From an uncultured Chitinophagaceae bacterium (GTDB lineage: Bacteria; Bacteroidota; Bacteroidia; Chitinophagales; Chitinophagaceae): a stretch of DNA of 64,000 nucleotides. The position numbers and the translations under genes are program-made. Each line of letters begins with the position of its first letter. Position 1 is the stretch's first letter. A model generated the notes under the pieces. The model was given only the letters and a program-made list of their open reading frames with translations, did not search any database and was not told where the DNA came from. The stretch covers positions 13,070 through 77,069 of the forward strand of contig CAIVCF010000153.1 in the NCBI GenBank assembly GCA_903904335.1. The letters are read 5' to 3'. Of the stretch, positions 10,701-18,394 are shown one piece after another.

Positions 10701-11202
10701 TGATGATATCAAAAGCTCTTTGATCAATATTTGTAAACAGCGTATCTGCATTCGGATCAATAAAAAACCACTCGGGTAAAACAAGATTAAGCTTTGAAAT
10801 ATTTTTACGAAGAGAAAAGAAAGATTGAGGATCCCATGCTACATAAAACGCAGCACGTATCCCCAATGAATCGCTGAAATAATCAGAATTGGAAAGATCG
10901 AGCACTTTATTGTTTTGACCGATCCCCTTTCCTTTTGCCCATTGCTTTTGAATTACTTTTCTGAAGCCCCGGTATTGTTTGCCCATTTCACTTTCACGAT
11001 ATCCCGGAACCTCTTCAGTCAATACTTTCTTGATGGCCCTGCCTTCGAGCGGTATTTCGGGAAGATCCATGCTGCTATAGGCAATGAACACTACAACGAT
11101 GGCAAGAATCAATAAAACCAATAAAATTCTGGCGATCCATTTAACCCTTTGCCAGCGGCTTGGATTATGTGTTTGAAATATTTGTGCGGAATCAGTGTTC
11201 AT
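7795..11202 (-). CDS. multidomain membrane protein: GH18-like domain + CE4 (NodB) polysaccharide deacetylase + processive family-2 glycosyltransferase
   Basis: N-terminal TM helix. GH18-like block with GINVDFEE (about nt 9961-10869). CE4 motifs LVLTYDDGPD, HEIGNHTFTHP, RAPYN, ILLHD (about nt 9106-9729). Then a TM helix, then GT2 motifs IIVPAFNEE, VDDGSSD, IDADT, LAEDCD, QRFRW (about nt 8206-8874), followed by 3 or more C-terminal TM helices. ATG at 11200-11202 is preferred over the TTG at 11220. Confidence 0.8.
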   Translation of the reverse strand: MNTDSAQIFQTHNPSRWQRVKWIARILLVLLILAIVVVFIAYSSMDLPEIPLEGRAIKKVLTEEVPGYRESEMGKQYRGFRKVIQKQWAKGKGIGQNNKVLDLSNSDYFSDSLGIRAAFYVAWDPQSFFSLRKNISKLNLVLPEWFFIDPNADTLFTNIDQRAFDIINKSGIEVMPMLSNSYNAKWNGAALHRILNSPAKTNRLINDVIKFLTIYNLTGINVDFEEMQENRNEVLTQFQKKLYTALHEQGFLVSQNVSPFNEDYNYTELAKYNDYLFLMAYDQHSESTKPGPVCSQKWIEEAVDKLASKVPPAKIVLNLAAYGYDWQKNGKTIPVSYQEALTTAKESEGLIDFDNDTYNLNFKYYDSKDIIHEVHFTDAATNFNSIRFATEYGLAGTAVWRLGSEDNRLWDFYHLPMTKDALQKFDFKEFSSVQSISTPDFIGEGEVLDLLSTPTDGHITPEVNREEMLISEETYDSLPSAYVVRKFGKRTDKKLVLTYDDGPDPVYTKQILDTLAYYHIHAAFFLVGIEAENNIPLVKRIFKEGHEIGNHTFTHPNMAEVSKSRALVEIDATRLLIECLIGRSTIMFRAPYNADSDPEKAEEMIPVALSRTRNYITIGESIDPEDWLQGEVPNFNADTIFNRVVNIYNYHLSNDDSANIILLHDAGGNRKATVEATGKIIRYFQGKGYQFITVAELLHKKPEDIMPVVDSGMEYNLLRFNYFVAESGYLLGHFLYALFIVFLILGAVRILVLGFFAFKQKRKEILLENMVLENPPAVSIIVPAFNEEVNAVSSLQNLLRCDYPFFDIIFVDDGSSDKTFEIVKAAFENHPKIKIFTKPNGGKASALNYGIAKTAADYVVCIDADTKLLPDAVSKLMKNFADPKVGAVAGSVKVGNEVNMLTKWQSIEYTTSQNFDRKGFAYPNAITVIPGAIGAFKKEALMLAGGFTTDTLAEDCDITIRILRIGYVIANEPKAMAYTEAPETLKQFFKQRFRWTFGVMQTFWKHKDALFVNKYKGLGWIALPDILLFKYIIPLFSPIGDFFMFFGLFTDSRGKIGIYYLIFLLIDSLIAGLAFAFEKEKAWKLFWLIPQRLIYRWLMMIVLFRSYRRAIKGELQSWGVLKRTGNVKDIDVVTT

Positions 11203-11313
11203 ACAATAAAATAATTGCAATATCTATGCACAGATTTGATGCAAAGTAAATAATGACTTTCAATAAAAAAGTATAAAGAAATACAAATAATTTTAACGAT
11301 TAGTTCAATTGTA

Positions 11314-13737
11314 ATGCCAAACATAAGACCCTTTTTGCAAAACTACTTTCGAATTGGTTTTTCTTTTCTGATCACATTTTGCCTGATCAGGGTATATGAA
11401 TATTTTTTTATCGCCTCAAAATCTTTTATTGCGCATGTTTATACCCTTGAATTGAACGGATTATTGTATGATGTTTGGACCTGGCTGCTCTTTTCTTTCA
11501 TTGCTCTTTTCATTTTTTCAGCACTCAGTTTTATCAATTCCCGTTTTGCAAAAACGGCACTTCATGCAGTACATGTTATTTTGATCATGATGTATCTGGC
11601 GTTGATCGTTGTTTTTTCTGAACGCAATATTCCGTTCGATCATGAATTTTTTACCAGAAGCATGAAAGAATCGTGGCTAACCACTCAACAGATGATGACC
11701 AGCGGCATTGGCTTGTATATCCCTTTTATTTTTTACATCAGTTTTTATTTTTTCATTTATCAAACGTTATTCAGGAAAATAAATATCCCGTCTTATTGTA
11801 TTAATCTCTTGGTAGGACTATCTCTTATTTCAACAATCTTTTTACAATATTCTTCACCATCAGAAAATCAATTCAAACAAAAATCGGCTTATTATCTGGT
11901 ATGCAATAAGTTTAATTATTGGCTGTGGGACAGCTATGAATATTTTAAAGACCTGCATAAAAACAATTCTTTAAGTGGCAATGCATTGGAGGAAACAATA
12001 GCATTCTATCAAAGCAATCAACCATTTCAGTTTACTGATAAAAATTATCCCTTGCTTCATTTAAATGAAAGCAGTGATGTACTCGGTGGGTTTTTTAATT
12101 TAAAATCAACACCGCCGAATATTGTTATACTTGTGGTAGAAGGCTTGTCGAAAGATTTCAGCGGCGATCATGCTTATGCAACCAGCTTCACTCCATTTTT
12201 AGATTCATTATCACGGCATAGTTTAACATGGGATAATTTTTTAAGTACTGCTCCGGGTACATTTGCAGCACAGCCCGCTATCACAGGTTCTGTGCCGTAT
12301 GCATCGAGAGGTTTTTCATTGATGAACATCATTCCCGATCATTTATCATTGATAAAGATCCTTCGCAAAAACGGTTACTGGACAAATTTTATGATCGGCT
12401 TTAATACCGATTTTGATAATATGGGTGAATATATCCGTTTGCAGGGAACCGATCTGTTGCTTACACAATATCCTGCAAAATATAAACAGATGGGTTTGGC
12501 AAAAGAAGGCTGGAGCATGGGCTATCCTGATGATGCATTGTACAGCCGCAGCTTTGAAGTAATGGATTCCTTACAAAAATTTCCTTACCTCAATATTTAT
12601 CATACAGGTACAACACACATGCCGTATAAGTTTGAACAAAAACCTTTGTATGACAAATTGTTTGATAAGAAAATAAAAGCATTACAAGTATCTGCCGAAT
12701 TAAAACATACATTGAAACAAACAAAAGAAGTGTTGGTAACATTTATGTTCTCGGATGATTGCATCAAAAAATTCTTTGCTGATTATTCAAAGCGGCCTGA
12801 ATACAGCAACACTATTTTTTTTATAACTGGCGATCATCATATCGGATCTTTTCCATCCACTTCTGTGATCGATGATTATCATGTTCCTTTGATCATTTAT
12901 TCGCCCATGCTAAAAGCACCGAAAAAATTTCTGTCTGTTAACTCGCATAATAATTTGGCACCAACGATCACGAATCTCATTATCAATAATTTTCCTGTTA
13001 CCTATAAACCCAAAGAAGTTCCCTGGCTGGGCAGCGTGATGGATACCAGTGCCTCATTCAGGAATATTCATTCCATGCCTTTTATGGAATGGAGCAGAGA
13101 TATCAATGATTATATTTATCAAGATTATTTTTTATCGGGAGATAACTTATACAAGCTAACCAATGATTTGCAGGAAGAGCCTGTCAACAACGATTCTGTA
13201 AAAAATTATATGATCAGGCTGCGCGAAAATTTCAAACGCATCAATAAATATGTGACTGAAAATAACAAAGTGTTCAGGTCAGCAGAGAACTTGGTCAGCA
13301 CTGATAAAAAATTATTATTGGAATTTACTGACTCAACCGAAAAAAATATTTTCAGTAAAGTCACGGATGCCAATCTTATGGCGGATTTTAAAATCCCCAG
13401 TGGTTATAAATATTTATATGTTGAAGCTTCAGGTAATATTTATTCGTCTGCTGATTTCCCGGATCATCATCCCTCATTGCGTTTGGCATTGATCGATACA
13501 AAAAATTATAAAAGAAAATTTCTTTTCTGGACCATGAGAGATTTTCCTTCTATCAGTACAACCGAATTTATGCCGAAGCAATGGAATACTGTTTCAACCA
13601 ATGATATGTTTACATTGGATGATTATAAAAAATATCAGGAACTTATTTTTAATATTGGCGTGTGGACAGATTCAATCCCCATCAATTTTAAATTGAAAGG
13701 ATTGAACGTAAAGATTTACGGTATTAAAGAGAAGTGA
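11314..13737 (+). CDS. LTA synthase / sulfatase-like (alkaline phosphatase superfamily) polytopic membrane protein
   Basis: 807 aa. About 5-6 N-terminal TM helices precede an extracytoplasmic domain with VILVVEGLSKDF, STAPGTFAAQPAITGS (putative Thr nucleophile) and FFITGDHH, as in LtaS/MdoB/BcsG-type transferases. There is no CxPxR sulfatase motif. Confidence 0.7.
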   Translation: MPNIRPFLQNYFRIGFSFLITFCLIRVYEYFFIASKSFIAHVYTLELNGLLYDVWTWLLFSFIALFIFSALSFINSRFAKTALHAVHVILIMMYLALIVVFSERNIPFDHEFFTRSMKESWLTTQQMMTSGIGLYIPFIFYISFYFFIYQTLFRKINIPSYCINLLVGLSLISTIFLQYSSPSENQFKQKSAYYLVCNKFNYWLWDSYEYFKDLHKNNSLSGNALEETIAFYQSNQPFQFTDKNYPLLHLNESSDVLGGFFNLKSTPPNIVILVVEGLSKDFSGDHAYATSFTPFLDSLSRHSLTWDNFLSTAPGTFAAQPAITGSVPYASRGFSLMNIIPDHLSLIKILRKNGYWTNFMIGFNTDFDNMGEYIRLQGTDLLLTQYPAKYKQMGLAKEGWSMGYPDDALYSRSFEVMDSLQKFPYLNIYHTGTTHMPYKFEQKPLYDKLFDKKIKALQVSAELKHTLKQTKEVLVTFMFSDDCIKKFFADYSKRPEYSNTIFFITGDHHIGSFPSTSVIDDYHVPLIIYSPMLKAPKKFLSVNSHNNLAPTITNLIINNFPVTYKPKEVPWLGSVMDTSASFRNIHSMPFMEWSRDINDYIYQDYFLSGDNLYKLTNDLQEEPVNNDSVKNYMIRLRENFKRINKYVTENNKVFRSAENLVSTDKKLLLEFTDSTEKNIFSKVTDANLMADFKIPSGYKYLYVEASGNIYSSADFPDHHPSLRLALIDTKNYKRKFLFWTMRDFPSISTTEFMPKQWNTVSTNDMFTLDDYKKYQELIFNIGVWTDSIPINFKLKGLNVKIYGIKEK

Positions 13738-15384
13738 TTAATTTTCGAAAGTAGAATAGAAATAAGGCGTCTTAGCTTCAAACTCTGCACTGCATGTGTC
13801 CACCATTTTATACACTCTTGTAATGCCTAAAGCTTTTCTTTTTTCATAGACCTGCTCATCGGTACAATCGCCGTGTAATATTCTTGCGATCTGTTCATCA
13901 CTGAAACCATGCTTCTTCGCTTCTTTCAACAAGTCATTGGGCAGTGTATCGAGAGAATATTTTGCAATTTCTTTTTCGATGTTGCAAATGATCTGTATCT
14001 GATGCACGAACCATTTATCAATTCCGGTTACTTGTGCAATTGTTTTTACGGTAACACCCTGCATCAATGCATCTTTAATGCGGAAGATGCGATCCCATTT
14101 CGGAATCTTGATGTACTCAACAATCTCTTCACTCTTCATCAAACTCTTACCATAATATCCTAAACCAACAGCTTCGTTTTCCAAACTCTGACAAGCTTTT
14201 TGAATGGCTTCAGTAAAACTTCTGCCAATGCTCATCACTTCACCAACACTTTTCATCTGCAATCCCAATGTATCATTGGCGCCTTTGAATTTGTCAAAAT
14301 TCCAACGCGGTACTTTTACGATTACATAATCCAATGCCGGCTCAAAATATGCAGATGTTGTTTTGGTGATTTGATTTTTTAATTCATCCAAAGAATAACC
14401 GATAGCCAACTTCGCAGCAATTTTTGCAATGGGATAACCTGTTGCTTTTGATGCCAATGCTGAAGAACGACTCACACGCGGATTGATTTCCACTGCGATC
14501 AATTCTTCTGTTTCCGGGTTTTGTGCAAACTGCACATTACAACCACCTGCAAAATTTCCGAGAGAACGCATCATCAAAATTGCCTGATTACGCATGTCCT
14601 GAAAAGAAGTATCACTCAAAGTCATTGCAGGTGCAACAGTGATGCTGTCGCCTGTATGAATGCCCATCGGGTCTAAATTCTCGACCGTACAAATGATCAC
14701 CACATTATCATTCTTATCACGCAATAATTCCAATTCATATTCTTTCCATCCTAATACGGCTTTTTCTACCAACACTTCATGAATGGGTGATGCTTTCAAT
14801 CCTCTTTCTAAAGCAGAGTCCAATTCATCTTTTGTATGAACAAAACTTCCGCCTGTTCCGCCCAAAGTGAATGAAGGGCGAATTACCAATGGAAACCCTA
14901 TTTCCTGCGCAAATTCTTTTCCTTCTAAAAAACTATTGGCAACATGGCTTGGTGCAACTTTAATTCCGATCTTAAACATCAACTGGCGAAATTTTTCCCT
15001 GTCTTCTGCAGTATCAATCGCTGCCACATCCACACCAATTAACCGAACATTATATTTTACCCAAACACCTAATTCTTCAGCTTCTTTGCAAAGGTTTAAT
15101 GCAGTTTGTCCGCCCATGGTTGGCAAAACCGCATCGATCTGATTTTCTTCCAATATCTGTTCAATGCTTTCAACATTGAGCGGTAATAAATACACTTTAT
15201 CGGCCATCATGGGATCGGTCATGATCGTTGCAGGATTACTGTTGATAAGAATCACTTTAATTCCCTCTTCACGTAAACTGCGAGCAGCTTGAGAGCCGGA
15301 ATAGTCGAATTCGCAGGCTTGTCCGATAATGATGGGTCCGGAGCCGATAATAAGAACGGATTTGATGCTGTTGTCTTTGGGCAT
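13738..15384 (-). CDS. carB: carbamoyl-phosphate synthase large subunit, N-terminal half only (carboxyphosphate ATP-grasp + oligomerisation domain)
   Basis: Begins KSVLIIGSGPIIIGQACEFDYSGSQA and contains a single ATP-grasp unit. It ends ..AEFEAKTPYFYSTFEN-stop after 548 aa. Canonical CarB is about 1070 aa with two homologous halves. Confidence 0.85.
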   Translation of the reverse strand: MPKDNSIKSVLIIGSGPIIIGQACEFDYSGSQAARSLREEGIKVILINSNPATIMTDPMMADKVYLLPLNVESIEQILEENQIDAVLPTMGGQTALNLCKEAEELGVWVKYNVRLIGVDVAAIDTAEDREKFRQLMFKIGIKVAPSHVANSFLEGKEFAQEIGFPLVIRPSFTLGGTGGSFVHTKDELDSALERGLKASPIHEVLVEKAVLGWKEYELELLRDKNDNVVIICTVENLDPMGIHTGDSITVAPAMTLSDTSFQDMRNQAILMMRSLGNFAGGCNVQFAQNPETEELIAVEINPRVSRSSALASKATGYPIAKIAAKLAIGYSLDELKNQITKTTSAYFEPALDYVIVKVPRWNFDKFKGANDTLGLQMKSVGEVMSIGRSFTEAIQKACQSLENEAVGLGYYGKSLMKSEEIVEYIKIPKWDRIFRIKDALMQGVTVKTIAQVTGIDKWFVHQIQIICNIEKEIAKYSLDTLPNDLLKEAKKHGFSDEQIARILHGDCTDEQVYEKRKALGITRVYKMVDTCSAEFEAKTPYFYSTFEN

Positions 15385-15400
15385 GATTTTACAAATTGTG

Positions 15401-15408
15401 CAAATGTA
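15401..15408 (-). promoter_or_regulatory. Bacteroidota -7 promoter box (TAnnTTTG) for carB
   Basis: The minus strand reads TACATTTG; a 16-nt spacer separates the box from the carB ATG. Confidence 0.5.
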
Positions 15409-15520
15409 AGGTTGTAAAAGAAAAAAGCAGGTTATTTTTTAAAATTATCTTGCAATAAGTTTTCTTAACAAATGAATAAAGATTCGCATAAACAGAGATT
15501 GAATATATTAATTCAAAACT

Positions 15521-15988
15521 ATGACTAAACTAAAAGAAGGAATAAAAGCCCCCTCATTCAAAGGTATCGATCAGAACGGCAACACTATTTCATTAAAAGA
15601 TCTTATCGGAAAGAGGATCGTTTTGTATTTCTATCCGCATGATGATACACCTACTTGTACCAATCAGGCTTGCAATCTCCGTGATAATTATACATTGTTG
15701 TTGAAGAGCGGATTTCATATCATCGGTATCAGTACTGATGATGTAAAAAGTCATAAGAAATTTGAGAAAAAATATGACCTGCCTTTTTCATTAATCGCTG
15801 ACACTGATAACAGCATTTCAGAAAAATACGGCGTATGGGGATGGAAGAAATTTATGGGTAGGGAATTCATCGGCATGCACCGTACTACTTTTTTAATTGA
15901 TGAAAAGGGAAAGATTAAAAAGATCATCGAAAAGCCCGAAAGCAAGCGCCACGCAGAGCAGATACTCACAGTTTGGGAAGAAAAATAG
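15521..15988 (+). CDS. bcp: thioredoxin-dependent thiol peroxidase (peroxiredoxin Bcp)
   Basis: 155 aa. VLYFYPHDDTPTCTNQAC carries the peroxidatic Cys motif of the Bcp/PrxQ family. Confidence 0.88.
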   Translation: MTKLKEGIKAPSFKGIDQNGNTISLKDLIGKRIVLYFYPHDDTPTCTNQACNLRDNYTLLLKSGFHIIGISTDDVKSHKKFEKKYDLPFSLIADTDNSISEKYGVWGWKKFMGREFIGMHRTTFLIDEKGKIKKIIEKPESKRHAEQILTVWEEK

Positions 15989-16106
15989 CAGTCATATCGA
16001 CTACTATCTGTCACGTAATGACTACAAATTAATTGAGTCTTTCACTATTTCATTCCAACCGAATACGGGGTAGGTTTATGTTTTGAAAAACTACAATTTT
16101 CAGGCT

Positions 16107-17309
16107 ATGAAAAACCTAATTCCGCATAATGAAGAAGACAGGTTGAGAGAATTAATGGGACTCCGGATTCTTGATACGCCTTCCGAACAGGAATTTGATG
16201 ATGTTGTGGAACTGGCTTCACAAATTTGTAATGTTCCTATTTCATTGATCTCTTTATTAGAAATAAACCGTCAGTGGTTTAAAGCAAAAAAAGGAATCTG
16301 TGTAAATGAAACGCCACGCGAAATGTCTTTTTGCACTTATACCATTTCTGAGGAAGATGATTTCTTTGAAGTAGAAGATACTTTAAAAGATAAACGATTC
16401 AGGAATAACCCCATGGTGCAATTTGAGCCTTACCTGCGTTACTATGCAGGCACACCATTGGTAACAAGCAAAGGTTACAGGGTAGGTACATTATGTGTAG
16501 GAGATATAAAACCAAATCATCTGAATGAACATCAGATTTTTGCATTGAAAGTATTGAGCCAGCAGGTGTCGAAAATGATCGAATTAAAACTTGCGAACAG
16601 CAAATTGGAAAATCAAAATCATCATCTGCGCCACGAAAATGATATGCAGCAATTGATGCTTTCCATCATTGCTCATGATGTGCGAAATCCCATCTGCGCC
16701 ATTAAAGGCGTAATGGATTTTGTAACGACCAACGATGTTCCAGAAGTTGACAAACAAAAATTGACATTAATGTTCTCGGAACAATTAGATGTAACAATCG
16801 ATCTGTTAAATAATCTTGTTGACTGGAGCAAGATGCAGATCAATAAAGCAGAAGTGTTGATTGAAAACCTGAACCTGCATGATGTCTCAGAATCATTACT
16901 GAAGCAGTTTAAATTAAATGCAAAATTCAAAAATGATCAATTGCTGAACCTTGTAGATAAAGACCTTTTTCTGCAAACCGATAATAATATGCTTCGTTTT
17001 ATTTTACGCAATCTTATTGCAAATGCAATCAAGTTTACACAAGACGGAACAATTACATTATACGCTCATGGAGAAAAAGAAAAAATATTTTTTACAGTAA
17101 GCGATACGGGTGTTGGCATGTCAAAAGAAAAAGTAAATAATCTTTTCAGTAAACAAGGAACACGAAGCACGCCGGGTACAAATCATGAAAAGGGAAGCGG
17201 ACTGGGCTTATTGCTTGCCAAAGGATTTATTGATTGTTTGAATGCAACGGTGGAAGTGAAAAGCGAAGAAGGAAAAGGCACAACTGTTTTTTTGTATTTC
17301 TCAAAATAG
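16107..17309 (+). CDS. GAF domain-containing sensor histidine kinase (no adjacent response regulator)
   Basis: N-terminal GAF-like region (EEDRLRELMGLRILDT..), H-box SIIAHDVRNPI, N-box RNLIANAIKFT, G-boxes DTGVGM and GSGLGL. ATG at 16107 is preferred over the TTG at 16083. Confidence 0.85.
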   Translation: MKNLIPHNEEDRLRELMGLRILDTPSEQEFDDVVELASQICNVPISLISLLEINRQWFKAKKGICVNETPREMSFCTYTISEEDDFFEVEDTLKDKRFRNNPMVQFEPYLRYYAGTPLVTSKGYRVGTLCVGDIKPNHLNEHQIFALKVLSQQVSKMIELKLANSKLENQNHHLRHENDMQQLMLSIIAHDVRNPICAIKGVMDFVTTNDVPEVDKQKLTLMFSEQLDVTIDLLNNLVDWSKMQINKAEVLIENLNLHDVSESLLKQFKLNAKFKNDQLLNLVDKDLFLQTDNNMLRFILRNLIANAIKFTQDGTITLYAHGEKEKIFFTVSDTGVGMSKEKVNNLFSKQGTRSTPGTNHEKGSGLGLLLAKGFIDCLNATVEVKSEEGKGTTVFLYFSK

Positions 17310-17340
17310 TTTTTTGAAGCAGCGTTTTTTCTCAGTGTTT

Positions 17341-17369
17341 AAATATCTCTTTTCTAAGAGATATTTTTT
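17341..17369 (+). terminator. rho-independent terminator after the histidine kinase
   Basis: aaatatctct-tttctaa-gagatattt followed by a T-run. Confidence 0.6.
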
Positions 17370-17382
17370 ACTAGCAATTGTC

Positions 17383-17437
17383 TTTCATGGCATCCTGCTT
17401 GCCTTCGATTCTTTCAATGAAAGAATAGCACACTTTT
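17383..17437 (+). repeat. member of a short structured intergenic repeat family (variant with internal palindrome)
   Basis: Shares the 12-mer tttcatggcatc with 22748-22759. Contains the palindrome attctttca-a-tgaaagaat and ends agcacactttt, related to the core tcgcacactt. Confidence 0.5.
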
Positions 17438-17529
17438 ACTTTATGTTCTTTGATCCGTAATACTCAAAACAGGCTTAAGTATGCAAAAAATCAATGTATA
17501 TTTAAGATTCATTTGAGTAAAACTGTTTT

Positions 17530-18390
17530 ATGAAACCGTTCATACTGCTTATTACGCTGTTAGCATCGATTATTTCTTCAGCACAAAAAATCGATAAACA
17601 TTTACAAACCTCAGTAGAAAAATTAATTGTTGATTTTCATGGGCAGGTTGGCGTGTTTGTACATGATCTGAAAAAAAATAAAACAATAGCTATAAATGCT
17701 GATTCTGTTTTCCCAACTGCAAGCATGATCAAGATACCGATATTGATCGGCGTGATGAATAAGATTGAAAGAAGTGAATTAGAATATCATCAATCACTTG
17801 TTTACAAAGATTCATTGTTGTATGCAGGAGTCGATATCCTGGGTTCATTTAAAAACAATGAAAAAATTGAATTGAGTAAAGTAATGATGTTGATGCTTAC
17901 CATGAGCGATAATACTGCAAGCCTTTGGCTGCAAAGCCTTGCCGGTGGTGGATTACGGATCAATGAAATATTGGATAGTCTTGGAATGAAAGCAACGAGA
18001 GTGAACAGCAGAACACCCGGCAGAGAAATAAACAGAACGGAATTTGGTTGGGGACAAACATCACCACGAGAAATGGCAACCTTAATGGAAAAAATTTCCA
18101 ACGGTGAGATCATTAATAAAAACGCAAGTAAAAAAATGCTGCGTTTATTGGGAAGAAATTATTGGGATGAAGAAGCCATTTCTCAAATTCCAATCGATGT
18201 TTTTATTGCAAGCAAGAGCGGTGCAGTAGATGCAACAAGAAATGAAGTATTGTTCGTGAATGGAAAACATTGTCGCTATATTTTTTGCATCTGCACCAAA
18301 AATAATCAAGATAAAAGTTGGGAGCCCAACAATGAAGCATGGGAATTGACAAGAAAATTATCTAAGCTTTTGTGGGATTATTATAATTAA
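17530..18390 (+). CDS. class A beta-lactamase-related serine hydrolase (secreted)
   Basis: Signal peptide, SxxK (ASMIK), SDN (MSDNTAS) and KSG (ASKSGAV) motifs at class A spacing. I could not identify the omega-loop ExxLN. Confidence 0.7.
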   Translation: MKPFILLITLLASIISSAQKIDKHLQTSVEKLIVDFHGQVGVFVHDLKKNKTIAINADSVFPTASMIKIPILIGVMNKIERSELEYHQSLVYKDSLLYAGVDILGSFKNNEKIELSKVMMLMLTMSDNTASLWLQSLAGGGLRINEILDSLGMKATRVNSRTPGREINRTEFGWGQTSPREMATLMEKISNGEIINKNASKKMLRLLGRNYWDEEAISQIPIDVFIASKSGAVDATRNEVLFVNGKHCRYIFCICTKNNQDKSWEPNNEAWELTRKLSKLLWDYYN

Positions 18391-18394
18391 AAAT

